From a virus: a stretch of 64,000 bases of DNA. Position numbers and translations under genes: made by a program. Positions 29,129-38,725 of the stretch are shown here, piece after piece. The notes under the pieces are model-generated. The model made no database searches. It was not told where the DNA came from and worked only from the letters and a program-made list of their open reading frames with translations. Positions within the stretch are counted from its first letter, which is position 1, and each line of letters begins with the position of its first letter. The stretch lies in the IMG/VR virus record IMGVR_UViG_3300023440_000003, positions 1 to 64,000 of that record; one strand, 5' to 3'.

Positions 29129-29965
29129 ATGGATCCAAAACTTTTAAGAGCACGAACTTTGTCAAGCAGATTATTGGATGAATATATAAGATTGAAAGGT
29201 CTTTCTGAAAAAGCCAGGTTAGTATCAGAACATGCCATGAAAGATTTGCGAAGAGCACCACAGCAATTCATACCTGAATGGGGTCAAACTCTATCACAAT
29301 TAGAATCTGAATTTTCTAGGATGTATCGGGTTATGCGAACTTTACCGACGGAAACTGTTGAAGCCTTGCGTCAATATCATAAGGCAGTTCCTAAAGTGTT
29401 TAGTCATCCATTACCTTTAGCTTTAGGTGTATTGGGATTAGGTTTAGGATATCTTGCCAGCCGCAAGGACTATCAAGTTCCAGGATATATTCCTCTGGGT
29501 TTGGGTACTATAGGTTTAGCAGGAACAGCGGGAAGCCTGATGAAAGCACGTTCAGCGCATAGCGCTGCCGCGGATTTACTTTCATTGTTACCTGATATTG
29601 ATTTCTCCAGAGTGTTTCCAAGAGATGCTGGCGCTATGCCAGATTTTACTAATGTTGTTAGGAATGTAGAAGAATATTTAAAAGCCCGACAGAATTTAGC
29701 TGAAGCTTTTGCTAAAAATCGGGCTGCTCGTAGTTATAGTAGTGCTTTAAGACAGTTGAGATTAAATAAGAGTTATGTTGAGGAATTATTATCCAGAATG
29801 GGACGTATGGATTATGATATTACGCGTTTTATGGAATTGAGTCGTGATTTTATATCTCGCCAGTTAGAAGCCAATAGGTTACGCAGGTTGGGGCGTCTTT
29901 TCTGGATGGCTTCTCTTCCGTTGTTTACTTATTATGCTGGCACGAAGTTATTCAACAGGCAGTAA
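29129..29965 (+). CDS. Arg-rich membrane protein with glycine zippers
   Basis: SD AAGGAGGTG; LALGVLGLGLG, LGLGTIGLAG; C-terminal TM. Confidence 0.65.
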   Translation: MDPKLLRARTLSSRLLDEYIRLKGLSEKARLVSEHAMKDLRRAPQQFIPEWGQTLSQLESEFSRMYRVMRTLPTETVEALRQYHKAVPKVFSHPLPLALGVLGLGLGYLASRKDYQVPGYIPLGLGTIGLAGTAGSLMKARSAHSAAADLLSLLPDIDFSRVFPRDAGAMPDFTNVVRNVEEYLKARQNLAEAFAKNRAARSYSSALRQLRLNKSYVEELLSRMGRMDYDITRFMELSRDFISRQLEANRLRRLGRLFWMASLPLFTYYAGTKLFNRQ

Positions 29966-29970
29966 ATAAT

Positions 29971-30558
29971 TTATTTGAATATTTTTTCCCATTCTCTTAA
30001 TTTCTCTATTTGAGCCTCTTCTTCTTTTTCTGTCATAGGGAATAATCGATTCATAAGTGTGCTTATAGCTTTAGTTTTATTGTTATCATCTGCTGTAAGA
30101 GCTATAACGGATAGTAATATTATTTCTTTAAAATAGTTCCATATCTGCATCAATGCTATTTCCTCTATTTCATTCAAGGGTTCATTTTTTAATTTGTATA
30201 TGATTCTTGGAAGAGTTTTTATTATTAATGTATCTACTATGTCTTCTGAATATAATTTTTTTAGTTCTTCTCTGAATCGATCTGTGGATATTTTTTTGTT
30301 GATATTTTCGGTGAATTGATTAAATGCTTCCTCGATTTTGTTTACTATAGGCAGAGGAAGCTTCTTGTACTGTTCTGCAATAGCCTTCTTATCAGTAGTT
30401 CCATTTAAGTCAAATAAATAGTCAACGATATAGTTTGAAGTTTTAAACTCGTACCGAAAAGTCACATAGAATTTATTTTTGATAATCCAGTAGCTTTCTT
30501 CTACATAACCTTCGACCAAAGCAGTTCTTACATCAATTCTGCTGTGTTTTATTTTCAT
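29971..30558 (-). CDS. putative tail assembly chaperone (paralog B)
   Basis: SYWIIKNKFYVTF...KLPLPIVNKI shared with adjacent ORF. Confidence 0.45.
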   Translation of the reverse strand: MKIKHSRIDVRTALVEGYVEESYWIIKNKFYVTFRYEFKTSNYIVDYLFDLNGTTDKKAIAEQYKKLPLPIVNKIEEAFNQFTENINKKISTDRFREELKKLYSEDIVDTLIIKTLPRIIYKLKNEPLNEIEEIALMQIWNYFKEIILLSVIALTADDNNKTKAISTLMNRLFPMTEKEEEAQIEKLREWEKIFK

Positions 30559-30941
30559 TTATTGAGCAGTTCATTACATTCTCTTGTGAAAATAAGATAA
30601 AGATTAAGTATTTTGTCAATTAGTGGTGTAGGAAGTGATTTAAGATATTCTTCGGCTTCTTCAGGATTGGAAAACTTCTGATCACCTAATTCTGTTATTT
30701 GATGGCACATATAATAAAAATTCCAGTTAACAGTAACATCCTGAACATTTTTAGACATTAGTTCTTCTCTAATTTGAAGAGCTTCTTCATTAATCAGGCT
30801 TTGAAATGTAACGTGCAATTTATTTGGTATTACCCAGTAACTTTTGGATACTCTTCCTCCTGGGGTTAATAAGTTTTCTGGTGTAAAATTAGAATCATCT
30901 TTTACTTCATACTTAAGTGTTGGAAACAGTTCATCTGTCAT
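30555..30941 (-). CDS. putative tail assembly chaperone (paralog A)
   Basis: SYWVIPNKLHVTF...SLPTPLIDKI. Confidence 0.45.
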   Translation of the reverse strand: MTDELFPTLKYEVKDDSNFTPENLLTPGGRVSKSYWVIPNKLHVTFQSLINEEALQIREELMSKNVQDVTVNWNFYYMCHQITELGDQKFSNPEEAEEYLKSLPTPLIDKILNLYLIFTRECNELLNK

Positions 30942-31324
30942 AACTTTCCTCCTGAAAGGATTTTGATTAGCTTTAATGGCACGGGTTTTTCTTTAGACAT
31001 TAGGTAGCAGACTTCTCGTAAAAATAATCTAATTCTTTCTGGATCTTGATTCATTGCTTTGCATATGTTTGTGAAATGGTAAAGATATTGTTCATTATCC
31101 TGTCTGAAAAAATAATACACAGCATCTGCTATCGAAAATGGATTTTTATCTTGTAGATCTTTTAGTGCTTGTAATGTGACTCTATGCATGACTTCCAGAA
31201 TATAGTCATTATGTTTGTTTTGTGCTAAAGATCTTTCGAAGGTTTTCCTTAAACTATCTATGATAGTTTTAGATGAAGGATTCTTCACATAGGATAGCTT
31301 ATATTGGTTTGTTTTAATTGTCAA
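30938..31324 (-). CDS. hypothetical protein
   Basis: QALKD...DAVYYF...FTNICKAMNQDPERIR helical pattern; coupled to next gene. Confidence 0.55.
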   Translation of the reverse strand: MTIKTNQYKLSYVKNPSSKTIIDSLRKTFERSLAQNKHNDYILEVMHRVTLQALKDLQDKNPFSIADAVYYFFRQDNEQYLYHFTNICKAMNQDPERIRLFLREVCYLMSKEKPVPLKLIKILSGGKL

Positions 31325-31370
31325 CTACAATATAATATTCTTAGACATTATTACTAAAGGAGGTAAAACA

Positions 31371-31733
31371 ATGTATTACGACATCATGCTTTACAAATTA
31401 GCACAACAACAACAAATGAATGAAGAAGCATTGAAAAGAGCTTTAGGGCGTAGATTTATTCAAACACTGGCGTTAAGTGAGCGACTCGCTGAACAGACTT
31501 TACCTCGTTTTGGAGTTGCTGTAGGATCTGGTGTTTTAGGTGGAGCTCTTGGTGGCGCTGCTACTGCTCTATTACGGAAAGGACCTGTTGGTCGTACTAT
31601 GGGTAAAGGTGCTTTGATTGGTGGTGTTTTGGGTGCGGGATTAGGTATTTATGATTGGCTTCGTCGTAGAAAGATTCAGCGTGCATTAGCTAGAAATATG
31701 CTTATGAATTATATGTATCAATACAGATTATGA
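31371..31733 (+). CDS. KxA/glycine-zipper protein
   Basis: MLYKLAQ; GVLGGALGG, GALIGGVLGAGLG followed by RRRK. Confidence 0.7.
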   Translation: MYYDIMLYKLAQQQQMNEEALKRALGRRFIQTLALSERLAEQTLPRFGVAVGSGVLGGALGGAATALLRKGPVGRTMGKGALIGGVLGAGLGIYDWLRRRKIQRALARNMLMNYMYQYRL

Positions 31734-32149
31734 GTATTATTAAAGATCTTGAAAGTTATTTTGGAAGTTCTACTGCGGATGATGTTGCTAGTGTAAAGTC
31801 TATACCTTTTGATGTAAAAGTTACTTTTACTTCTGCTGAACTTGCTGGCCATCGAGTTACAGTAGAAAAAGTTATTAATTTACCATCACCCAACGTTTAT
31901 ATAGAAAACGTTAGTGCCATAAAACGCAGCGGTTTAGGTTATTTTTCTATTTTGCTGAGTAAGAGTTCTATTAGTCAAAATAGTCTTGTAGATGTTTTTT
32001 ATGAAGTAATAGACGTATCTGATAAGATTATAGACGAGATTGGGATGAATTATTTCTCTTCAGATCAGACTCCTAGGTTATGGGTAGTGGTCACTAGTTA
32101 TGGAACCCCTTTAGAAGTTGAGGTTCAAATTTCGGGGCTAATTAGATAG
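31730..32149 (+). CDS. putative virion protein
   Basis: Beta-rich S/V composition; in structural operon. Confidence 0.5.
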   Translation: MSIIKDLESYFGSSTADDVASVKSIPFDVKVTFTSAELAGHRVTVEKVINLPSPNVYIENVSAIKRSGLGYFSILLSKSSISQNSLVDVFYEVIDVSDKIIDEIGMNYFSSDQTPRLWVVVTSYGTPLEVEVQISGLIR

Positions 32150-32153
32150 TAAA

Positions 32154-33488
32154 ATGTTTAGAGTTAGGCCCAAAAGCTTCGGTGTCTATTCTAGAGCTAC
32201 TGTAGTTCAGAGTAAGGTATCTATTTATCGTTTAGGTGGTAGTAATGTGTTTGTTTTGCGCCCTTCGGTACCAATTTTAGGATCTATGGACGACTCTATT
32301 GTAATTCATACATTGCCTAATGGAGGTAATGCTGAATTGATCCAAGTCTTTAAGTCTTTGGATGATAACATAGAATCTGTGTCTTTTATCGTTGGATTAG
32401 ACGCAACTCCTACTATCGTTGATAATTTTGAAGGTGCTTTTGCCTGGCAGACTAGTGATGCCACTAATACTCCGGCAACCCAAGATATTAATGCTTATGA
32501 AGGTAATTATGCTATGAAAATTTCTACTACTAAAAATCGAAGCCTTAACGACAAAGTTTTTTTGTCGTATCAGACTGCTCAGGATTGGTCTGGATATGAA
32601 TTTATAAAATTTTATTGGCAGTGCAATGAAGATTTATATTTCCGTTTTTATATATCCGATGGAGTGAATTTTATGTATATAGATTTACCGAAATCCAATG
32701 TTTACACTGAGCAAGTAATAAGATTATCAAGTATGATTCCGGATGGAGGGACTTATCCTGATTTAACTGCAGTAGTAGAGGTAGGTTTTTTGGTTATACG
32801 AGATAATGAAAATACTACAGCATATGTGGATAATATAGTATTGATACCAGATAGTGCTGTATCTTTTGATGTACAAATTCTTGATCTTGGTTCCACACCT
32901 TCAGTCGTTCCTCCTTTTACTGTAAAGCCTTTCGATGATGGATCTACTTTTACCACATTTACTTTGTCAAATTATATTAAAAATGAAGTAGAGATAGAAA
33001 CTCCTATCGGGATATCTGACCTATCTAACTTATTAGTCAAGGGTAATTTTTATGGAGTACGTATTTTCAATGTGCAGGGCGATTGGCCTTTACAAATTTA
33101 TGGAGGGATATCAGCGGATCCATCACTTTATATGGTATATACTAGCACTGACGGTACAAATTTTAGTGAACTTGCAGGCAATTCTGCACATTTTTATACG
33201 AAAGTAGAGTTGAGTCAAGGAAGTTTTTTGAGGCATTTAAGTCTGCATCCAGAAATTGTACCAAACAATTCTAGAGTTGAAGTTAGATGTATGTTGTATA
33301 ATAATGAAGTCATACATCATGTAATTAATGATACTATAATTACAGATAAACTTGAAGTTACTTTTGAACCTCCTTTATTTATTCCCAGAGGTGCTTATGG
33401 TTTGTTACATATTTATGATAATTCTGTAGGCGGTTCTTGGTTAATAAAGAGATTATTATTATATGAAAAAGCAGAGTATATACCATAG
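32154..33488 (+). CDS. putative virion protein with carbohydrate-binding-like beta-sandwich
   Basis: VDNFEG..W, EGNYAMKI, QDWSGYEFIKF, AYVDNI pattern. Confidence 0.55.
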   Translation: MFRVRPKSFGVYSRATVVQSKVSIYRLGGSNVFVLRPSVPILGSMDDSIVIHTLPNGGNAELIQVFKSLDDNIESVSFIVGLDATPTIVDNFEGAFAWQTSDATNTPATQDINAYEGNYAMKISTTKNRSLNDKVFLSYQTAQDWSGYEFIKFYWQCNEDLYFRFYISDGVNFMYIDLPKSNVYTEQVIRLSSMIPDGGTYPDLTAVVEVGFLVIRDNENTTAYVDNIVLIPDSAVSFDVQILDLGSTPSVVPPFTVKPFDDGSTFTTFTLSNYIKNEVEIETPIGISDLSNLLVKGNFYGVRIFNVQGDWPLQIYGGISADPSLYMVYTSTDGTNFSELAGNSAHFYTKVELSQGSFLRHLSLHPEIVPNNSRVEVRCMLYNNEVIHHVINDTIITDKLEVTFEPPLFIPRGAYGLLHIYDNSVGGSWLIKRLLLYEKAEYIP

Positions 33489-33490
33489 CT

Positions 33491-33919
33491 ATGAGAAGGA
33501 TTGATTATATAGTAATTCATCATTCTGCAAGTTCTTACGGTGATTCAAAATTAATAGATAGATGGCATAGAGAAAGAGGATTCAAAAAGATAGGTTATCA
33601 CTATATCATTTTAAATGGCTTTAGAAAAAATAGCCGGGAATACGAAGTAGCTTTTGATGGTTTTATAGAACCTGGAAGAAAATTATCAGAAATAGGTGCA
33701 CACGTGAAAGGATATAACAAGAATTCTATAGGCATATGCCTTATAGGAAATCATTTGTTTACGTTAAATCAATTCATAAGTTTGAAAATTCTTGTTAAAG
33801 AGCTAAAAAATAAATTTCCTACTGCTAAGGTGGTAGGTCATTGTGACCTGGATCCAGTAAATAAACCTGACTGCCCAGGATTTGATGTTGATACATTTAT
33901 AGCTGAAGTTTTGGATTAA
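33491..33919 (+). CDS. N-acetylmuramoyl-L-alanine amidase endolysin (T7 lysozyme-like)
   Basis: IVIHHSA, IGYHY, GAHVKGYNKNSIGICLIG, GHCD, CPGF. Confidence 0.92.
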   Translation: MRRIDYIVIHHSASSYGDSKLIDRWHRERGFKKIGYHYIILNGFRKNSREYEVAFDGFIEPGRKLSEIGAHVKGYNKNSIGICLIGNHLFTLNQFISLKILVKELKNKFPTAKVVGHCDLDPVNKPDCPGFDVDTFIAEVLD

Positions 33920-33928
33920 TCTTTCATA

Positions 33929-34198
33929 CCAGGGAGGATCCCAGTAGTCCCCCTTGGCCGGGGGGCTCGGGGCACTACGGGTCTAGCCCCACCCCGCCCG
34001 TGGCCCTGAGAATCCTGGGATCGAAGAGGCTGTATGAGTAGGAGGGGCGCCCGGTAGGGGGTAGCCTCTCCGCTGCCCTGCGGTAGGTCCCACCTACCGC
34101 AGGGAAGGCTGACTGGGGACCCGGGACCCGGTCAGCCCAGGGTCAGCGTCGGACCGGCCTGGTCCACCGGTGGCGCTGACTTGGAGTTTTTTTTTTTT
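33929..34198 (+). ncRNA. unclassified GC-rich structured RNA ending in a U12 tract
   Basis: Abrupt GC-rich island; stems 33937-44/34015-22, 34025-33/34061-69, 34076-88/34092-104, 34107-17/34127-37, 34142-50/34172-80; G-U pairs favour the plus strand. Confidence 0.75.
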
Positions 34199-34240
34199 AG
34201 CTATTATTTTATTTTAGACTTTTGATAAAATAGCTAAAAA

Positions 34241-34474
34241 ATGAAGGTTCTAGATTTAGAATTTATACGCAATAAGAAAAGGTGGAAGTACTTTTTATAT
34301 AAACTTTCTTTTTACATGATTTTATTATCTACGGCGATATTTTTTGGAGCAGTTCTTTTTGCACTTATAGAAGGATTGGTTAAGTATAGATTATGGAAGT
34401 TAGTTGGTGTAGCAGCGTTAGGCGTGTTTGTATTTTTTATTATATTCCATTACACTTGTGAGGAATTTGATTGA
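34241..34474 (+). CDS. two-TM membrane protein (holin candidate)
   Basis: 77 aa, two hydrophobic helices, near endolysin. Confidence 0.45.
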   Translation: MKVLDLEFIRNKKRWKYFLYKLSFYMILLSTAIFFGAVLFALIEGLVKYRLWKLVGVAALGVFVFFIIFHYTCEEFD

Positions 34475-34794
34475 TTTGATAGCGTTTCTAATAGTTGTTT
34501 TATTTTTATGAATCTCCTAGGATTTCCATTAGGTATATATTCTATACCATTTTCTGTAATTTTAGGGATATAACCGTCTAGCATTTTTTGATAAAGTTGT
34601 TTCATTTCTTTTGGTGATTTGTTTAGTTTGATCATCAGAAAATGATACAACAGACTATCTAAGTATTTAAGAATTTTCACAGATTTACTTCTTCTTACTA
34701 CATGGCATTTTTCAATGTATATCTCAATGTAATCAGTTACTCCTTTTTTGACTAATTCTTGTCGATACAAGAATTTTTTGAATTCTTGAATCAT
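34450..34794 (-). CDS. hypothetical protein, paralog of 36339-36689
   Basis: EFKKF, YIEKCH, LDSLLYHF, GYIPK shared. Confidence 0.65.
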   Translation of the reverse strand: MIQEFKKFLYRQELVKKGVTDYIEIYIEKCHVVRRSKSVKILKYLDSLLYHFLMIKLNKSPKEMKQLYQKMLDGYIPKITENGIEYIPNGNPRRFIKIKQLLETLSNQSNSSQV

Positions 34795-34804
34795 TCCCGC
34801 CTCC

Positions 34805-35299
34805 TTAATAATGAAAATCTACTAATACTACCCATTTGTTTAATAGGAGTTCAGGTGGATTCACTTCTAGAAAGTGTGTTATATATTCTCCATATTCTGA
34901 TTCATCTATTATTATACACGCTTCTCCTGAACATACGCCTTCATCATTGTCTGCTTTGCATTGTATAAGTTCATTTAATATGATATCATCTATACGTTCT
35001 ACTACACTTATTTTCAGGTTATATTTTTTTACTATATTGTCCCATTCTTCTCCAGTGAAATAAGATTTATTTTTAATAATACGATCCCATTCTTTTGGGA
35101 TGATGTGTAGTATATCTAAATATGTATTCCATCTGTGTAAGTTAGAATTTATAACAAAGTAATCCGCTATACCACCAGCCCAGAATTTACCTTCGTAATT
35201 TACGAAGTTGTTTTCGTACAACCATCGTTCTACCATATCAGCCACTTCTTCTCTATTTAACTTGTCGTCCAATACGACTACACGTAACAACGCATGCAT
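34805..35299 (-). CDS. hypothetical protein
   Basis: 164-aa ORF ending WVVLVDFHY. Confidence 0.65.
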   Translation of the reverse strand: MHALLRVVVLDDKLNREEVADMVERWLYENNFVNYEGKFWAGGIADYFVINSNLHRWNTYLDILHIIPKEWDRIIKNKSYFTGEEWDNIVKKYNLKISVVERIDDIILNELIQCKADNDEGVCSGEACIIIDESEYGEYITHFLEVNPPELLLNKWVVLVDFHY

Positions 35300-35302
35300 T
35301 TT

Positions 35303-35521
35303 TCATACTCGTATTACATCAATATTTTTTATCCATAGGTCTATGTAAGAAATCTCATAATTTTTATTATTAAATTTCTTTTCTAATTCTTGAGATATAG
35401 CTTGCATTACTTTTATAGGATTTTTGTTAGAGGTTACATATATCTGATCTGTAATAACTCGTTTACTACCATCAGTTCGTTTTTTGTGTTCAATTAGATA
35501 TTTCACTTTGAACAGTCTCAT
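35303..35521 (-). CDS. hypothetical protein
   Basis: 72-aa ORF with SD. Confidence 0.55.
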   Translation of the reverse strand: MRLFKVKYLIEHKKRTDGSKRVITDQIYVTSNKNPIKVMQAISQELEKKFNNKNYEISYIDLWIKNIDVIRV

Positions 35522-35541
35522 TTGTTGACTCCTTGTTGGAT

Positions 35542-36342
35542 TTAGGTGTAATTTAGCTCCATTAAACTAGTGATATTGTCAATGTAATCTATGTTATAGT
35601 ATAGAGTCCTCATGGCACTTCCATAAATATAAATAGTCATATTGTTCTCTCGAATTTTTTTAATAGGATGTAACATCGTCATAGCGGAAAGATGATGTTC
35701 TACACTATACAATATTGATCCTTGACTCATGTTTGGAAATGAAATAATTGTTTTTCCTGTGCTTAAATCAGCAGTAATACCCCAAAGCCAGCGTGATATT
35801 AAGGCTAGACGCGGTTGCATTAAAGGAATCAGTCCACACACAGGATCCATGTATTCAGACCACGACTGTAAATTTTTCTTGAATAAATATATATATCCGT
35901 ATGAATCAATATCGCTAAGACTTATATTAGAACGTGATAATGGCCATGTATGACCTGAAATGCATGATATAATGTAGTTGTAAGTATCTAAGTGTATTGC
36001 TTTAATTTTTACGCCTTTATCGTTGAGCCATCCCCTTAAGAGTTTAGTATTGATTTTTTGCGATGTAATCATAGCTGATATTTCTTTCTCATCTATTGTT
36101 AAGTTTGGGGTATTACATTGTCTTGTTATTGATATGATAACTGTACATTTTTTATCTCTGATAGTTGTAGCCCCAAAAACTGCTTGGCCTAGCTGGTCTT
36201 TGATAAGTATTGTCATAGGAGGTAATAATTCTTGTTTAAATAATATATCAATTTTATTTTGTTGATTGCCTGCTGTAATTTCAGTAGAGGATTTTTGGAT
36301 TACAAATGAGTGAAATGAAGGATTATTAAATTCTATCTTCAA
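35542..36342 (-). CDS. hypothetical protein
   Basis: 266-aa ORF in the minus-strand cluster. Confidence 0.6.
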   Translation of the reverse strand: MKIEFNNPSFHSFVIQKSSTEITAGNQQNKIDILFKQELLPPMTILIKDQLGQAVFGATTIRDKKCTVIISITRQCNTPNLTIDEKEISAMITSQKINTKLLRGWLNDKGVKIKAIHLDTYNYIISCISGHTWPLSRSNISLSDIDSYGYIYLFKKNLQSWSEYMDPVCGLIPLMQPRLALISRWLWGITADLSTGKTIISFPNMSQGSILYSVEHHLSAMTMLHPIKKIRENNMTIYIYGSAMRTLYYNIDYIDNITSLMELNYT

Positions 36343-36689
36343 TGTGATCCTCCGAATTCTTCATTTAGATGTATTATGAATCTTCTCACGCTTATAAAAG
36401 TGTTGGTATTGTAGAATTTTATTTCATTATCTTTTTTACGTGGAAGATAACCTTCTTTTGCTCTCTTTATTATCGTTTTACACGTGTTTTCGTCAAAGTC
36501 GAACTTTGTATATATGAAATGTTCCAATAATGTGTCTAAAACATTAAATGATGCTATATATTTGCGGTCAATTAAATGACAATAATTGATATATTTTTCT
36601 AAAAGCTGTTCCGTGTCGGAAGTAACATCAATTAGAGATTCTAGTACAAACTTTTTGAATTCCGTTATTATTTCAGTCACATTTTCCAT
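36339..36689 (-). CDS. hypothetical protein, paralog of 34450-34794
   Basis: EFKKF, YINYCH, LDTLLEHF, GYLPR. Confidence 0.65.
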   Translation of the reverse strand: MENVTEIITEFKKFVLESLIDVTSDTEQLLEKYINYCHLIDRKYIASFNVLDTLLEHFIYTKFDFDENTCKTIIKRAKEGYLPRKKDNEIKFYNTNTFISVRRFIIHLNEEFGGSH

Positions 36690-37180
36690 GTCAATTCCTC
36701 CAGATCAATGTCTTCTATTTCTTTTTTGATTTTCTTTTCATACACATCTACAGGTACAATCATATAATCTCCTATCAAATTGACAATATTATTTTCTTTT
36801 GCGTATGCAGGAAATGTCCATATTCTGATGTGGTTATTTACCTTATCTATAATGAAAGCTCTGTTAATTCCGAACACTGTAGGTGAGGTTGTAATTTTAG
36901 GCAGCAGTATTGTTTCCAATACTACATCTGTAATGGTACCCCTATAATAGGTCCGGTTAATTCTACTATTGTCTCTAATAGGAGTTGTGTCTATATTTAC
37001 AGTGACGTACATATCTATAGGAGATTGATGAAACATAGTAAGGTCCTGATCAATTTTTTGATGTATTAAAATTTTGTCTACCGCTACTACTGCACGCATT
37101 TCTAGCACATCATTAGAATCCGGTGTTATAGCTATAATAGCTTCTTTGCTTATTATGAAAAATATTTGTTCCATGCTCAC
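36677..37180 (-). CDS. hypothetical protein
   Basis: SD AAGGAGGTG. Confidence 0.65.
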   Translation of the reverse strand: MSMEQIFFIISKEAIIAITPDSNDVLEMRAVVAVDKILIHQKIDQDLTMFHQSPIDMYVTVNIDTTPIRDNSRINRTYYRGTITDVVLETILLPKITTSPTVFGINRAFIIDKVNNHIRIWTFPAYAKENNIVNLIGDYMIVPVDVYEKKIKKEIEDIDLEELTWKM

Positions 37181-37249
37181 CTCCTTGAAGTTTTTAACTC
37201 TTATAACATCATTTTACCTTTATGGTTAATAATAAAGTTTGCTATAATA

Positions 37250-37567
37250 ATGCATGAAATGCCACAGTTTAAAGATTTACAAGCAGATAATTTCTTTTAC
37301 GCAACTGAAACTACTTACACAATAAGTGCATCTGGCTGGACTGAGGTGGATTTTGGCTTCGAAGCTAAGATTCTTGTATCCGTAGAAAATAAAAGTACCA
37401 CAGGATATCTAGAAGTAGCTTTATCTCCTATAAGTAACCCAAATCCACCTCAGCCTAATTATGCTAGATTGGAGCCTGGAGGTGATCCTTTAGACTTACC
37501 TAGGCTGACTATTTCAAGGATTTATATAAGAGGAACATCAGATAAATTTATAATAAAAGCTGTGTGA
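37250..37567 (+). CDS. small beta-rich virion protein
   Basis: Start probably 37250 or 37259 after TGCTATAAT; first gene of tail-appendage operon. Confidence 0.55.
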   Translation: MHEMPQFKDLQADNFFYATETTYTISASGWTEVDFGFEAKILVSVENKSTTGYLEVALSPISNPNPPQPNYARLEPGGDPLDLPRLTISRIYIRGTSDKFIIKAV

Positions 37568-37575
37568 GGTGAGTT

Positions 37576-37842
37576 ATGGCTGTAACTTATACTATTAATG
37601 GGATGAGTATCACAGTCAACGGAGCTACTTTTACTTTGACTGCTGACACTATTCAGGATAAGAGATATGTTTTTTATGATGATGGTACTGGCACGATTAA
37701 TTTTGTTGAAGTCGTTCCAAATGGAGCTGAATATAGCTTACCGTCAGGAGCTGCTGAATTATTACATGTGGTTGTTCCATGTAACTGTGTTGATCTAGTT
37801 AATGTAGATGGTTGGGGAATTATTGATGTAAGTGGAGGTTAA
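37576..37842 (+). CDS. small beta-rich virion protein
   Basis: SD GAGGTG; T/V/G-rich. Confidence 0.6.
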   Translation: MAVTYTINGMSITVNGATFTLTADTIQDKRYVFYDDGTGTINFVEVVPNGAEYSLPSGAAELLHVVVPCNCVDLVNVDGWGIIDVSGG

Positions 37843-37844
37843 AT

Positions 37845-38723
37845 GTGGCTTATTATTCTTTCCTATCTAATTCAGCAAACTTAATTACTGACATAAAGAA
37901 TGTTCTTGTGACTAATGAAGGATGGATAGATTATGACCCGACATACAATGTAGTTCAGACTCCAGCTACTGCGGCCTATCCTTTTTTCTTTAGGTTTGTG
38001 CAGGTGTTAAATCATTATAGGTTAGATGGAGCTGCCTATCTTGGTTGGGATAATGTCAATCACACTGGTAGTTTTGCTTCTCCAACAAAGTATGCTCAAT
38101 TTTATAGCACTACTCCAACAGTTACTCCTGCTGCAGTCAATGTAATTATGTACGTCTGGAATAATGGTTTCATTATATGGCTTAAAGGTGCTGCTACAGA
38201 TGGTACTCCCTATACAGGTATGTTTTATATAGGAGATATGGAAGTTTTAAGTGACTTTCCTAATACTATGCCTCTTGCTTATCTTGCTACATATGGAACT
38301 GTGTATGCTCCTGGTTTTGTGGGAGCATGTCCATACACGAGAAATCAAACAGAATTCATATGGAATAATACTGGTTACTATTTTGTTCTTTCTTCCATAA
38401 TTCCTGCTGCAAATTATTATGTTCATGTAGGCACAACCACAACTCCTGAAGGTGAGAGGTTATGGTTGAATGAATTGTTTTTAGTTAACGTCAATAATCT
38501 GACTGCCAACGCTGTTGCTCAGGGTATTATGGGAAAGCTTAGATTTGTGAGAGGTATTTCACAAGATGTAGCATTACTTGACGGTGATGAAATTGTCGAC
38601 CAGTTTAACAGCTGGACTTTTGTGTCCTTACCTCAAGATGGAGGAAATCAGTTCAACAATGCAATGTGGAATGATTTGAGAAATTATACCTCTTTTAAGT
38701 ACATTGCTATTTTTAAGGCGTAG
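37845..38723 (+). CDS. putative tail/receptor-binding protein, copy 1
   Basis: NEGWIDYDPTYNVVQTP, WDNVNHTGS, TPEGERLW shared with 38908 ORF. Confidence 0.65.
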   Translation: MAYYSFLSNSANLITDIKNVLVTNEGWIDYDPTYNVVQTPATAAYPFFFRFVQVLNHYRLDGAAYLGWDNVNHTGSFASPTKYAQFYSTTPTVTPAAVNVIMYVWNNGFIIWLKGAATDGTPYTGMFYIGDMEVLSDFPNTMPLAYLATYGTVYAPGFVGACPYTRNQTEFIWNNTGYYFVLSSIIPAANYYVHVGTTTTPEGERLWLNELFLVNVNNLTANAVAQGIMGKLRFVRGISQDVALLDGDEIVDQFNSWTFVSLPQDGGNQFNNAMWNDLRNYTSFKYIAIFKA

Positions 38724-38725
38724 AT

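Noticed and set aside
33929-34198. tRNA, tmRNA, SRP RNA, RNase P RNA or CRISPR array
   Set aside because: No GTTCRA T-loop or CCA end, no SRP GGAAG/AGCAG loop, no GAGGAAAGTCC, and no regularly spaced repeats.
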